DNA of 50,058 bases from Promethearchaeati archaeon (GTDB taxonomy: Archaea > Asgardarchaeota > Heimdallarchaeia > JABLTI01): contig JABLTI010000008.1 in the NCBI GenBank assembly GCA_013166835.1, positions 1 through 50,058 on the forward strand. The letters run 5' to 3'. Shown in pieces: positions 1 through 10,305 of this stretch. The number at the start of each line of letters is the position of its first letter. Within the stretch, counting starts at the first letter, position 1. A model generated the notes under the pieces. It was given only the letters and a program-made list of their open reading frames with translations. It searched no databases and was not told where the DNA came from. A program made the translations under genes and the position numbers.

Positions 1-2
1 AC

Positions 3-590
3 ATTGGGCAACCACCTGCAAGAGTATTTGATTTAGGTTGTGGTGTGGGGCGTCATACAATTTATTTCGCTTCTCTTGGGTATGAAGTTGATGCTTCAGA
101 CCTCTCTAGTGATGCTGTTAAAAGCACACAAGAATGGCTCAAAAAAAATGAACTCAAGGCGAATGTTTACCAAGGGAAAATGACCTATCTTACTCAACCA
201 GATAATCATTACGATCTAGTACTTGCGTTTAATGTGATTTATCATGCTTACAAAGATGATATGATCCATGTTATCAATGAAATTTACCGAATTATTAAAC
301 CAGGAGGTTTCTTCTTTGGGACTATCTTAACCAAAGATCCAAATCAACCGTTTTATAATCCAAAAGGAGTTATTGATGAACAAACACTCATTAAACTAGA
401 AGAACCTGAAAAAGGCATTCCACACTTCTTCTCTTATACTGAAGATGTACTAGAGTTCTTCAAAAATTTTGAAATAAAAGATCTCTACTATAAAGAATGG
501 TACCGTGCTCCATATACAATTGAGAGCATTAATGACAAGAAGGGATATGGACATTATATTCTCTTTGCTCAGAAACCCAAAAAGAAGTAA
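3..590 (+). CDS. Class I SAM-dependent methyltransferase (5' end lies outside the window)
   Basis: The frame is open from base 3 and reads IGQPPARVFDLGCGVGRH (motif I), followed by DLS, YDLVLAFNVIYH and IKPGG. The track start at 45 is internal. Confidence 0.85.
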   Translation: MGQPPARVFDLGCGVGRHTIYFASLGYEVDASDLSSDAVKSTQEWLKKNELKANVYQGKMTYLTQPDNHYDLVLAFNVIYHAYKDDMIHVINEIYRIIKPGGFFFGTILTKDPNQPFYNPKGVIDEQTLIKLEEPEKGIPHFFSYTEDVLEFFKNFEIKDLYYKEWYRAPYTIESINDKKGYGHYILFAQKPKKK

Positions 591-593
591 AGT

Positions 594-1796
594 TTACAAT
601 AGTAGAACAAGAGCAATAATTGCTCCAATAATCGTTAGAAAAATTGGTATACCAATTGCTAGGGCTTTCTTTACATTCCTAAATTGATGAGTGTAACATG
701 CTTCAGGACATATTTCCATACATGTAAAACAGGAAATACAGCCTTTGAAATCAATAATAGGTTTCTCATTACCTTTCTTATCTTTAACTATCTTTATCAC
801 TTGTTCCGGGCAAGCTCGTTCACAATCTTGACATCCAATACAACCTGATGTATATTTAGGATGTCTGATTGAAATATTTGTGAATCTTTGGAATGGTATG
901 ACCGCAATTTTTGCTGTTACTGGTAGTTTGAATTTCTTTTGGTGATCTTCGATTTTTTCTCCAAGAATTGTAATCTTGGTTAGATCTATTTCACCTAATC
1001 CTTGTTCGGCAGCATATCTTGTTGCAGGAACTTTCTTTGGATCATGTCCCATTAATTTGAAGGCAACAGCATCTAAAGCGACAGCATCTTCACTAGCTAA
1101 AATAAGATTCATTTCAACTGCTTGTCCACTAGCTCCAGGTCCCATGCCTTCTAGAGCGATAATTGCATCCATAACATTGAGTTTTATTTTGGGTTTTTCA
1201 AAAGCATATAAATCAACCAAACATTGTGAAAATCCTTTGATACTCGCACCTAAAGAATGAATTCTTGTTTTATCTCCTCCAGTTATAGTACCAAAGAGGT
1301 TTTTAATTGCTCCAGTATAAAGTGTCATTGAATGAGTTTTCATTTTAGGGACATTAATTATCGTTTTAGCATCCAGAATATCTTTAGCAATGTTTACTTT
1401 TCGAAGCTTCTTTCCCTTAACATCAACATTTATCGGTCCATTTTTCTCTAAACTTCGAATTTCAACATTATCAAATTTCTCACTTATCTCAAGATAATCG
1501 CTTTGTAATATAGCTTCTCGAGTTCCACCATCATGACCAGCTGCACTACAATCCCCAATGATAACTTTTTTCTGAAGTTCAAGAAGCATTTTACTTAAAG
1601 CTTCAAGAACCCTAGGATCCGTTCTAATCTTATCCCGGACTTCTTTTTTTTTGGGGGCAATTAATAAATTAGGTTTAAGTAAAATCACATCTTCATCGGA
1701 AACGAATTGTTCTATACCCCCTAGAAGATTTACAGCTTTTCGAACTGCTGTTTCTACATCAGATTTTTCCACATAAACAATCGCTACGCTGCTCAT
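594..1796 (-). CDS. DUF362-family protein with 2x[4Fe-4S] ferredoxin domain and C-terminal hydrophobic tail
   Basis: LLKPNL, INVPKMKTH, GAIKNLFG, EGMGP and DAVALDA motifs; CIGCQDCERACP and CISCFTCMEICP. Likely start is MSSVAIV at 1796 (track start 1838). Confidence 0.85.
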   Translation of the reverse strand: MSSVAIVYVEKSDVETAVRKAVNLLGGIEQFVSDEDVILLKPNLLIAPKKKEVRDKIRTDPRVLEALSKMLLELQKKVIIGDCSAAGHDGGTREAILQSDYLEISEKFDNVEIRSLEKNGPINVDVKGKKLRKVNIAKDILDAKTIINVPKMKTHSMTLYTGAIKNLFGTITGGDKTRIHSLGASIKGFSQCLVDLYAFEKPKIKLNVMDAIIALEGMGPGASGQAVEMNLILASEDAVALDAVAFKLMGHDPKKVPATRYAAEQGLGEIDLTKITILGEKIEDHQKKFKLPVTAKIAVIPFQRFTNISIRHPKYTSGCIGCQDCERACPEQVIKIVKDKKGNEKPIIDFKGCISCFTCMEICPEACYTHQFRNVKKALAIGIPIFLTIIGAIIALVLLL

Positions 1797-1873
1797 TGGT
1801 AATTCATCACTATTTATAGAAAGAAGAAATATATTCATTGTGCTTCACAAAAAACGAACATCGGGAAGCCAAA

Positions 1874-3178
1874 TTATACATAAATCTTACAGCGATAACA
1901 ATACCATCGATCATATTGTTTGATATAAGATAATTTGCTTCCGCATTTTGGGCATCGCGCTTTTGATGTTTTCACTTCTTCATCTTTCTTAGGTTTCTTT
2001 TCCACCTCTTTCTTTGGTGGAGATTCTAATTCTGGTGAAACAACATCCTCTATTATTTCTTCATTCTCAGTTTCTTTTAGAATATCAGTAATTCTTTCCT
2101 CATCATTATTCTCTTCTAAAATTTCCATCGATTCAAGTGAGGTTCTATCTAAAGCTTCGAAACTCGTATCTTGTTTTTTCTCTGTTGTTGTACTTATATC
2201 ATTTAAAGAAGGGACAGGTATCGTATCAGTCATCTCTGAAATCTTAGTGTCAACAAAAACTGTTTCATCGATTGGGCTATTAGTATCTATAGAGAATACT
2301 TCTAGTTGATTTTCCAAGCTACTTATTTTCTCTTTTAACTCTGTAATATCTGCTGCTGTTGTATCAGCTGATACTTTTTTTGTTTCAACATTCAGTAATC
2401 GTTCTTCTAGGGCAATAGTAATTTCAGTTAGTTGACTGATTTTATCCATTACTGTTTTAATAACAAATTGAACTTCATCACTTTCCAATTCTGCCAAGTC
2501 TATTTTATCAACTTTAACTGCTTTTTCTTCTTGAGTTAGGGCATCGGGCACAGTAATTAAATTTTGTACTTCTTGATGATGTTTTTCTAAAGTTTCATCA
2601 TCTATTTCTGTACCTTGCCCCTCAAAAGGGAAACCCTCTTTCTCCAGAAACATTTTTCCCATCATTTCAAAAGCTTCAGGGATGTTTTCTCCTGTTTTCG
2701 CAGAAGTCGCTAAGTAAGCTGCTTCTATGTTCTTCTTTTTCCTTAGTTTTTCAATTATTTTCTTTATATCTTCATCTTTAATCTTTATCTGATCTTTCAA
2801 ATCATGTTTGTTCCCTAGAACAATAAAGATTTTTAGAAAACTACCAGAATGAGAAATTGCTTCTTCAGCCCACTCTTCAAGTTTTTCCAAAGTATCTGGT
2901 TGTGTGAGATCGAAAACTAAGAAACCGCATTTGCACCCACTGTAAAAAGATGATCTAACGTGTCGATACATCTTTTGTCCAGCAAGATCCCAAATTTGGA
3001 AGTGAACCTTATTTTCACCAAGTTCTATAGCTTTAGAAGCAAAATCAGCACCAATTGTTTTGATGTATTCACTCTTAAAGCCTACACCCATAAATTTAGA
3101 ACGTATACTAGTTTTCCCTACCGATCCTTCACCCATCAGTACAACTTTAAAGACAAATTCCCGTTTTATGTCTGACAT
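1874..3178 (-). CDS. Rab-like small GTPase with coiled coil, acidic linker and C-terminal zinc ribbon
   Basis: G1 GEGSVGKT, G2 YIKTIGADF, G3 WDLAGQ, G4 NKHD, G5 TSAK; C-terminus CPKC-x14-CYRC; GGAG upstream of the start. Confidence 0.9.
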   Translation of the reverse strand: MSDIKREFVFKVVLMGEGSVGKTSIRSKFMGVGFKSEYIKTIGADFASKAIELGENKVHFQIWDLAGQKMYRHVRSSFYSGCKCGFLVFDLTQPDTLEKLEEWAEEAISHSGSFLKIFIVLGNKHDLKDQIKIKDEDIKKIIEKLRKKKNIEAAYLATSAKTGENIPEAFEMMGKMFLEKEGFPFEGQGTEIDDETLEKHHQEVQNLITVPDALTQEEKAVKVDKIDLAELESDEVQFVIKTVMDKISQLTEITIALEERLLNVETKKVSADTTAADITELKEKISSLENQLEVFSIDTNSPIDETVFVDTKISEMTDTIPVPSLNDISTTTEKKQDTSFEALDRTSLESMEILEENNDEERITDILKETENEEIIEDVVSPELESPPKKEVEKKPKKDEEVKTSKARCPKCGSKLSYIKQYDRWYCYRCKIYV

Positions 3179-3410
3179 TTCTCAGGACTCCTTTTGGTAG
3201 ATTATGGTATTAAATTCATTAATTTTGGTAAATGGATTTATTTGGCTGCAATTAAATATTTGCTATTATGTAAAAATCTATCTAATCAGTCCTTTTGTTC
3301 TATTAATAAATACTTGTCTGTTTTTTTGTTCCCTTTTGCAAGATTTATTAAACGGTTCTTCACACATATATAGTATTGAAGTGTATGCGAGTAGTTTGGA
3401 GTCTTTGAAT

Positions 3411-4238
3411 GTGCCTCGTCGTCAATCTAAGAAGATTAAATCTTTGTGGAATGAATATCCTGATTATTCCCCAATTAATAATGTTGATGAAAAACCTTTG
3501 TTTGATGAGACCAGAGTAAGTGATGAACATAGGGTACTAGGACAGATTATACGAGAGAATTGGCATCTTATACATCCGCTTCCTCGAGATTATATGCTTT
3601 CATCAGCCTCAGAATGGAGAACATTACTCACAGAGACAGGAATGATACAATCAAATTTGGATACAAAGCAAAGAAGCCTTGCTGGAATTCAAGAGGAATT
3701 TGACAAAAAGAATCAAAGAATACTTCTAGAAAAAGATGCTGAAATTGAAAGAATCAGAGAAGAAATTGCAGAAAGCTTCCAAGAAACCTTAGAACAAAAG
3801 GATCAAGAGATCGCTAACTTGAAAATATTTGTTGATTCTGTTGATGAAACCTCTATAACAAGAAGTAATATAGAAACCGAACTTAGTGAAAAGGATCGCA
3901 AAATAACTGAGTTGGAATCTGTTATCAATGGTTTAAATGATAAGTGTCGACAGCAAGAAGTTGAAGCAATGAATGTTCAAACTGGAATTAGTAAAAACTT
4001 TCAGCAGCAAATCAATAGTATAACCAAAGAACTCTATGAGAAACAAGAGCAAATTGACAAACTTCGAGAGATTTTGAATAAGGCGAAAGAACAATTAATA
4101 ATCTTAAAAGGAAAAAGTTCGGATTCTTCGGAATCAAAAACTCAATTGGAAACAAAAGTTGAAACTCTGGAACGCATGCTAGCAGAACGAGATGAGAAAC
4201 TCAGAAAAGTTGTTAAGACAATAGAAAGCTTAGAATGA
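3411..4238 (+). CDS. Hypothetical long coiled-coil protein
   Basis: E/K/Q/L-rich heptad pattern over about 200 aa. GTG at 3411 is preceded by GGAGT; the upstream extension in the track (3204) looks non-coding. Confidence 0.75.
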   Translation: MPRRQSKKIKSLWNEYPDYSPINNVDEKPLFDETRVSDEHRVLGQIIRENWHLIHPLPRDYMLSSASEWRTLLTETGMIQSNLDTKQRSLAGIQEEFDKKNQRILLEKDAEIERIREEIAESFQETLEQKDQEIANLKIFVDSVDETSITRSNIETELSEKDRKITELESVINGLNDKCRQQEVEAMNVQTGISKNFQQQINSITKELYEKQEQIDKLREILNKAKEQLIILKGKSSDSSESKTQLETKVETLERMLAERDEKLRKVVKTIESLE

Positions 4239-4256
4239 GATTTTGGAGTATAAAGT

Positions 4257-5192
4257 TTATATTGAACAGCATGTTTCGATTTGTTCTACTACCAATCCAA
4301 ATTTTCTCTCAGCAAAATCTATTGATTTCTTTTTAGGAACTGCAACTCTGTTTATACCAGCTAGTATTGCTGCTTGTTCGTAATCAATTTGCCTTACTCT
4401 CATGCAACCAAGTGATTGTTCTAGGGCTGGTTTTCTTAATCGAGTATAAAGTATTAATCTAGTCAAGAAATCTTTATTGATAATTTTTGAGTTTTCCATA
4501 ATTGTTCCTTTAGTTGGGATTAAACCCAAAAAAACAATTAATGGTATTTCATATTTCAGAGCAGTTTCTAAAGCATCTAAATTTCCTTTTTCTTCACCGA
4601 AATGAAGTCCAAGACAAATATGAGGAACAACATGCAGTCCTGCATTAACTAGAGATTTAAAGGAATCAATGTAGTCTTTTCCTCGTTTATCATTCTTTAT
4701 TACTTTAGAAATAACTTCATCGTCAGTTATCAAATCAAAAGAAACAGCATCTACACCAGCATTTGCTAGTGCTTGAGCCTGTTTAGAACTTACTAGACCG
4801 GGATGAACATTGATTTTCAAATTAGTTTCGGATTTAATGCGAGAAATAGTATCCAAGTAAGGCTCTAATGGTACTATAGATTCTTCATCATATCCTCCAC
4901 TTAGTAGTATCCCTTTCCCTTGATTTTTTTCTAATTTAATTGCAAAATTCACCAAGTCATCTGCCGAATTAATCTGATGCATATTTTTCAAGTAGTGTTT
5001 ATTACAATGTAAGCAATTCAGAGCACAGGAAGCTCCTGTTACACTAATAGATGGGAATTTTTTACTAGGATAATAGACTTTAAGAGTTCGTCCAAAATTA
5101 TTCCAACTTAATGATCTTCCTTCTTCTAAAAGCTGGTCTAATTCTTTCTGTGAGGTATTTAGTACCTCTGTAAAACCTATTTTATTATTCAT
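4257..5192 (-). CDS. Radical SAM protein (archaeal biotin-synthase-like family)
   Basis: SVTGASCALNCLHC (CxxxCxxC), LLSGG, NVHPG, VPHICLGL, LGCMR and a C-terminal ETCCS. Confidence 0.85.
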   Translation of the reverse strand: MNNKIGFTEVLNTSQKELDQLLEEGRSLSWNNFGRTLKVYYPSKKFPSISVTGASCALNCLHCNKHYLKNMHQINSADDLVNFAIKLEKNQGKGILLSGGYDEESIVPLEPYLDTISRIKSETNLKINVHPGLVSSKQAQALANAGVDAVSFDLITDDEVISKVIKNDKRGKDYIDSFKSLVNAGLHVVPHICLGLHFGEEKGNLDALETALKYEIPLIVFLGLIPTKGTIMENSKIINKDFLTRLILYTRLRKPALEQSLGCMRVRQIDYEQAAILAGINRVAVPKKKSIDFAERKFGLVVEQIETCCSI

Positions 5193-5311
5193 ACAATCCT
5201 ACCGAAACTTCATCTATTCTACTTAATGCATATTTACCAAGGTTTTTAATACATTTTGTGGAATTACATTTGTAGTTGATTATTATATTAAACTCTCAGG
5301 AGAATTAACTC

Positions 5312-6022
5312 ATGGGTTACTTGAAAGGATTCTTTACATCTCTTGGCATCACTTATCCAAGTTTTCTATTCATACATATCTATTTGAATAGCATGACAGT
5401 TACTCAATTCTTTGAGGAAATGATAAACACTCCTTCTTGGGAATACTTGTTGGAAGTCTGTGAAACAGCAATAGTGGGACCCATCAGTGTGTTTTTCGCC
5501 CCCAGAGATGCAATTAGTATCGTTTTAGTTTTACTTCCTTGGGTTGTTGCAGCATTCGTTGCTAGCTTTTTCTTTAGAAAGAAGCATGCAGCTCGTGGTG
5601 GTTTAGCAACAATATATATCCTAATCCTAATAGCTGAAGTTGTTTACTATATAATATACCAAGCCGGATTAATTGGTACTTCATTATTCACTTCCTTTGA
5701 TAGCTGGTTTTATGGTTTCTTAATAATAATTGGTGTGACTACTCTAATTGGAATCTTATCTGGATTGATAAGTCCATTCAAAAAAGATGGTATGCCTGCG
5801 AGACGAGTTAGAGTTCCACAGATTGTTATTGAAGAAGAGGAAACCATTCCAGAACCTTACTATATGCCAACTGAGAGTCCAAGCAGAGACCAATATGTAG
5901 CAACACATCAAGCACAACCAACAACAAGATCACAACAAACAACTTGTGAATTCTGTGGATCATATTTAGATTATGATACAGAATTCTGTAGTGTTTGTGG
6001 TAATCGAGTCCACAATGGTTAA
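5312..6022 (+). CDS. Membrane protein with C-terminal zinc ribbon
   Basis: About 4 hydrophobic segments, a Q/P/T linker, then CEFC-x10-CSVCG; AGGAG upstream. Confidence 0.75.
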   Translation: MGYLKGFFTSLGITYPSFLFIHIYLNSMTVTQFFEEMINTPSWEYLLEVCETAIVGPISVFFAPRDAISIVLVLLPWVVAAFVASFFFRKKHAARGGLATIYILILIAEVVYYIIYQAGLIGTSLFTSFDSWFYGFLIIIGVTTLIGILSGLISPFKKDGMPARRVRVPQIVIEEEETIPEPYYMPTESPSRDQYVATHQAQPTTRSQQTTCEFCGSYLDYDTEFCSVCGNRVHNG

Positions 6023-6047
6023 CCAAAAAATACGTTGATAATTGCTT

Positions 6048-6281
6048 TCAATCTTCTCTAATTAGCATCGTCATAGTACTTGAGATATTGGCGTATGATC
6101 TTATTTCTTCTGTAACCAGTTTATCAAGGGCACCGGCCGAGTCAGCTTCTAACTTGAGGATAATGTCAAACAAACCCCAAACTAAAGAGATTTCTTCTAA
6201 GCCAGATATCTTAGTTAGCTCTTCAAATAAATCAAATTCTGTTCCGCCTTTCACATTGATCAATACATAGGCTTTAACCAT
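6048..6281 (-). CDS. Stand-alone Lrp/AsnC ligand-binding (RAM) domain protein
   Basis: VKAYVLIN...VWGLFDIILKLEA...IRS...STMTM pattern; GGTGA upstream of the ATG at 6281. Confidence 0.85.
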   Translation of the reverse strand: MVKAYVLINVKGGTEFDLFEELTKISGLEEISLVWGLFDIILKLEADSAGALDKLVTEEIRSYANISSTMTMLIRED

Positions 6282-6437
6282 TATTTCACCAACTGATCTA
6301 CAGTTTTTATATACATAATTTCCCAAAGCTTTGGTGTAATTATTTAACTCTTAATAAAAATAGTTTAATCCAGATAATAAATTTTTATATGAAGACTAAT
6401 GTGTTTTGTTCTCAAAACCATCTTTGGCGTTGTTAGA

Positions 6438-7037
6438 ATGAATTCAGATACTCAAAGACCCTACAAAACAGAAAGCGGTATAAAATTACTAGTCTACTAT
6501 ATTCGGCAAGATGATCCTAAGAAATGTACGGCCGTACATTTGAACAAAATGGGTAAGGTAGAAATGGTTCACAAAGCAGGCAATCTCCCACGAAATGCTG
6601 TTTTATTGAATCCATTTTCATTGAAAGCTTTATCGATTGAGGATCTCCCAGCGATACAAACTAAAGGATTAATTGGCCTTGATTGCTCATGGGTTTCTGC
6701 GAAAAAAGTTTTTGGAATAGAAGAGGGTAATGAGTTACAATTAAAGAGCAAAGGAAGCTGGCGATTTGTTGATAGGATTCTCCCTTATTTACTTGCAGCA
6801 AATCCCGTTAACTATGGAAAACCCTGCCAACTAAGTACTGCAGAAGCATTGGCTGCGGGACTCTATATTGTCGGTTATAAAAAAGATGCTAGGTATTTAA
6901 TGGATGGTTTTAAGTGGGGTGAAAACTTTTTTGCTCTGAACTTCGAGTTACTCGAAGCTTATGCTGCTGCAAAAAGTAGTCTAGAGGTAGTTCAAATACA
7001 AAATGATTATTTGGATACAATATACAAAAAAGAATAA
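6438..7037 (+). CDS. tsr3: SSU rRNA aminocarboxypropyltransferase Tsr3
   Basis: QDDPKKCTA, LDCSW, LPYLLAANPVNYGKPCQLSTAEALAA and FKWGENF motifs. Confidence 0.93.
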   Translation: MNSDTQRPYKTESGIKLLVYYIRQDDPKKCTAVHLNKMGKVEMVHKAGNLPRNAVLLNPFSLKALSIEDLPAIQTKGLIGLDCSWVSAKKVFGIEEGNELQLKSKGSWRFVDRILPYLLAANPVNYGKPCQLSTAEALAAGLYIVGYKKDARYLMDGFKWGENFFALNFELLEAYAAAKSSLEVVQIQNDYLDTIYKKE

Positions 7038-7110
7038 ACAGTAATTAAATTAATTAGGGTAATAAATTGAATATCTATTAAGGAAAAAAACATCTCATAA
7101 TTAAAGGAGT

Positions 7111-8328
7111 TTGTTGAATTTGTTGATAGGAATTGTTGGTAAACCATCGAGTGGAAAAAGTACTTTTTTGAATGCTGCATGTTTAACTTCTTCGAAAGTA
7201 GGAGATTATCCCTTCACCACAATTGAACCAGTGCCAGGTACAGGTTATGTGAGAATTCCTTGTGCTTGTAAAGAATTAGGTGTAGAAGATAATCCTCAAA
7301 ATTCAATATGTATCGAAGGAACAAGATTAGTACCAATTCAATTGCTCGATGTTGCGGGTCTAGTTCCGGATGCATGGGAAGGTCGTGGCCTTGGCAATAA
7401 GCTCTTAGATGATTTGAGACGTGCAGACGTATTAATACATGTCGTAGATTTTTCAGGTTCATTAGATGCAGATGGAAATAATATCGAACGAGGAACCTAC
7501 GATCCAGAGAAGGATATTGTATTTTTAGAACGAGAAGTAGTGAAGTGGTTAGAGCAATTACTTCATAAAGATTGGATTCGTATTAGTCGAACTTCTGAAA
7601 CTGAGAAAATTCCCATAGATAGATTACTTGCAGAAAAGCTTGCAGGATTACAAATCAAACAATCACACATAAAGAAAGCTCTCACAAAATCTGGTTTAAA
7701 CATAGCAATTCCAACTAAATGGTCTAAAGAGGAAATCCTCCAATTCTTAACTATACTTAGATCAATTGCTAAACCAATGATTTTTGCAGCAAATAAGATT
7801 GATATTGAAGGATCGGAGGGTAATTTCAATCGTCTAAAAGATCAATATGAAAAGGATTTAATCCCCTGTTCAGCATTAGCTGAATACTTTTTGAGAAAAT
7901 TTGCTGAAAAAGAAATTATCTCTTATACTCCTGGAGACCCCGATTTTACAGTAACAAAACCCGATAAATTATCAGAGAAGGATAGCGCAACACTGGAAAA
8001 ACTGCGTGTTGATATTCTTCAGAAACATGGTTCAACAGGAGTTCAAGCACTCATTAATCGAGCTGTTTTTGAAATAATGGATGTTATTGCAATTTATCCC
8101 GTTGAAGATCAACAAAAATACACCGATCATGGCGGTAATGTTTTACCTGATGTTTATTTAGTTCCTAGAGGAACAACTGCAAAAGAATTTGCTGGATTGA
8201 TTCATCAAGATTTGGCTAAATCTTTCATTAATGCAATACTTGTGAAAACACAGAGAAGAATCGGTGATAATTATGAACTTGAAGACGGAGACATTATTAA
8301 AATAAACGCAGCTGAAGGGTTAAAGTAA
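7111..8328 (+). CDS. Obg-family translation-associated GTPase (YchF/Ygr210-like) with TGS domain
   Basis: GKPSSGKST, YPFTTIEP, DVAGL, NKID; C-terminal TGS-like IHQDL...LEDGDIIKI. Confidence 0.9.
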   Translation: MLNLLIGIVGKPSSGKSTFLNAACLTSSKVGDYPFTTIEPVPGTGYVRIPCACKELGVEDNPQNSICIEGTRLVPIQLLDVAGLVPDAWEGRGLGNKLLDDLRRADVLIHVVDFSGSLDADGNNIERGTYDPEKDIVFLEREVVKWLEQLLHKDWIRISRTSETEKIPIDRLLAEKLAGLQIKQSHIKKALTKSGLNIAIPTKWSKEEILQFLTILRSIAKPMIFAANKIDIEGSEGNFNRLKDQYEKDLIPCSALAEYFLRKFAEKEIISYTPGDPDFTVTKPDKLSEKDSATLEKLRVDILQKHGSTGVQALINRAVFEIMDVIAIYPVEDQQKYTDHGGNVLPDVYLVPRGTTAKEFAGLIHQDLAKSFINAILVKTQRRIGDNYELEDGDIIKINAAEGLK

Positions 8329-8346
8329 TCAAGTGAGGAAGACGCC

Positions 8347-8721
8347 ATGAGTAAAAAAATCGATGACTATCCTATTCTAAAGAAAGAAGTTGAAAAAAAG
8401 GAAAAAATGGTTCATCTACAATATGTTGACGAAGTGTTGGTAAAGCAAATAGAAGAAGATATAGAAAAAGAATCAGAGCTCTCTGAGAAAATTGTTTCCA
8501 TGCCTGATCCCTTTAAATTCGCTGGCTATGATCCAAATGTTGTAGATTTTATTAGACGCTGTGATACATTAGACCAAGCTATGGAAATTATTGATTATCT
8601 AGAGAATATTGGGGACATAAGTACATCAGAAGGAGAAAAAATAAGAAAACAAATAGAGACAGAAGGTTTGAGGAGCTTTGGCCCCAAAAAAGAGAAAGGA
8701 TTCTACTTTACTCAAGATTAA
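8347..8721 (+). CDS. DUF2095-family archaeal protein
   Basis: GYDPNVVDFIRRCDT...AMEIIDYLE...GLRSFGPKKEKGFY signature. Confidence 0.8.
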   Translation: MSKKIDDYPILKKEVEKKEKMVHLQYVDEVLVKQIEEDIEKESELSEKIVSMPDPFKFAGYDPNVVDFIRRCDTLDQAMEIIDYLENIGDISTSEGEKIRKQIETEGLRSFGPKKEKGFYFTQD

Positions 8722-8743
8722 TGAAATTTCTAAAAACAATTAT

Positions 8744-10297
8744 TCATTTTAATTTAATGAATTCCCAGGGATATTTCTCATCAACAACACGATTTTCAAC
8801 AATACCTTCGATACTCATACCATGTTCTTTGAGTGCTCTCCTCCAACCTCCTAATCCTCCTCCCAATTTTGCAACTAATTTCAAAGGTTCAGATATTTCC
8901 TTGCCGCTAATCGATAGAATTGTTTGAATTCTTGACATTTTTGGATTTGTTATTTCACAATCTACTTTTGCGATATTTTTTATTTTGCTTTTCAATAGTT
9001 TACTTTTCGCTTGTAATTCTTTCAAAGAAAATAGTGATTTACCTTGATATCCTGTCCAAGGTTTTGGAACAAAAAATCCACATGAGAATCTTAATTTTCT
9101 TATTTTTTTTCCTGCGTTGGACATTTGTTCTGCTAATGTGGCTATCGCTTCTACATCATCTGCAGTTTCATCCGGCAATCCAAGTATGAAGTATGCCTTA
9201 ACTCGAGAGAGTCCACCTTCAGAAGCTGTCTTAACAGATTGGATAATCTCATCATCATTTACTCCTTTACATATTTGTTTTCGGAGTTTTTCAGTTCCAG
9301 CTTCCGGAGCAGTCGTAATTGTTCTTTGCTTAGCTTTTACTAATAATTTGACTAGCTTTTCTGTTATTTTATCTGCTCTAATAGATGGAAGAGAAAATGT
9401 GAGATTATCATTCAAGATATTTTCACACAAGTTTTCTAAATCTTTGTAATCTGAGATCCCTGAGCCGATGGGCGTAATTTTATTAACATTACACTCTTTA
9501 GTTCCCGCACGATATAATTCTGTAAGTTTCTCTAGTGAACGATCCCTCTTCGGTCGATTAATTCTACCAGTCAAGCAAAAAGAGCACCCACGATTGCATC
9601 CTCTCACAACTTCTAACATAAAGGATTTTCCAAATACACCGTACCAAGGATCCTCTTCCTCAACTTGTGGAATAATTTGTTTTATTGGATAGAAGTAATC
9701 GTCAATATTCCCTTTTGGTGCATATACTACAGTTTTATCCTCTTCTATTTCCGGAACCCACATCCATTCAAATTCATTCAAAACTTCCATACGATTCCTT
9801 CGGTTATTATTCCCAAGCAATCCTTCAGTCATGAATTCTTCATTTACTGGTTCTAAATCACCAATCATGAATGCATCAATAAAAGGTGACATTGGAACGG
9901 GATTCGATTGTACACACGGTCCACCAGCAATAACAAGAGGATGGTTATCATTTCTCTCGCTTGATTCAAGTGGAATATTTGATCTCTCTAATATTTCGAG
10001 TACATTCGTAAAATCATCTTCATATTGTAATGTAAAAGCAATAACATCCATTTCTCTTAAAGGTCGATCAGACTCAAGTGTATATGGTTCCACTGTTTTT
10101 TTGAGTGGAAGAAATGTTCGCTCACATGCTACTCCCTCATATGAATTCCATAGTCGATAAATTAACTGCAAACCAAGTGAAGCCATACCTGCTCGATAAT
10201 TATTGGGATAACAAAAAGCGATTTTTAAATTCATTTGTGAAAGGTCTTTTTTAACAGCATTGATTTCCTCTATATGAGCTTCAACCAGTTTACTCAC
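8744..10297 (-). CDS. Radical SAM protein with B12-binding-like N-terminal region (COG1032-type)
   Basis: YPNNYRAGMASLG, IAGGPC, EVVRGCNRGCSFC, SLPSIRAD, APEAGT, YFILGLP and FVPKPWT. Confidence 0.85.
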   Translation of the reverse strand: MSKLVEAHIEEINAVKKDLSQMNLKIAFCYPNNYRAGMASLGLQLIYRLWNSYEGVACERTFLPLKKTVEPYTLESDRPLREMDVIAFTLQYEDDFTNVLEILERSNIPLESSERNDNHPLVIAGGPCVQSNPVPMSPFIDAFMIGDLEPVNEEFMTEGLLGNNNRRNRMEVLNEFEWMWVPEIEEDKTVVYAPKGNIDDYFYPIKQIIPQVEEEDPWYGVFGKSFMLEVVRGCNRGCSFCLTGRINRPKRDRSLEKLTELYRAGTKECNVNKITPIGSGISDYKDLENLCENILNDNLTFSLPSIRADKITEKLVKLLVKAKQRTITTAPEAGTEKLRKQICKGVNDDEIIQSVKTASEGGLSRVKAYFILGLPDETADDVEAIATLAEQMSNAGKKIRKLRFSCGFFVPKPWTGYQGKSLFSLKELQAKSKLLKSKIKNIAKVDCEITNPKMSRIQTILSISGKEISEPLKLVAKLGGGLGGWRRALKEHGMSIEGIVENRVVDEKYPWEFIKLK

Positions 10298-10305
10298 TGT
10301 TTTCC

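Noticed and set aside
3204-3410. Hydrophobic N-terminal extension of the coiled-coil ORF that looks like a membrane anchor
   Set aside because: It spans the AT-rich divergent promoter region; the GTG at 3411 has an RBS and is the better start.
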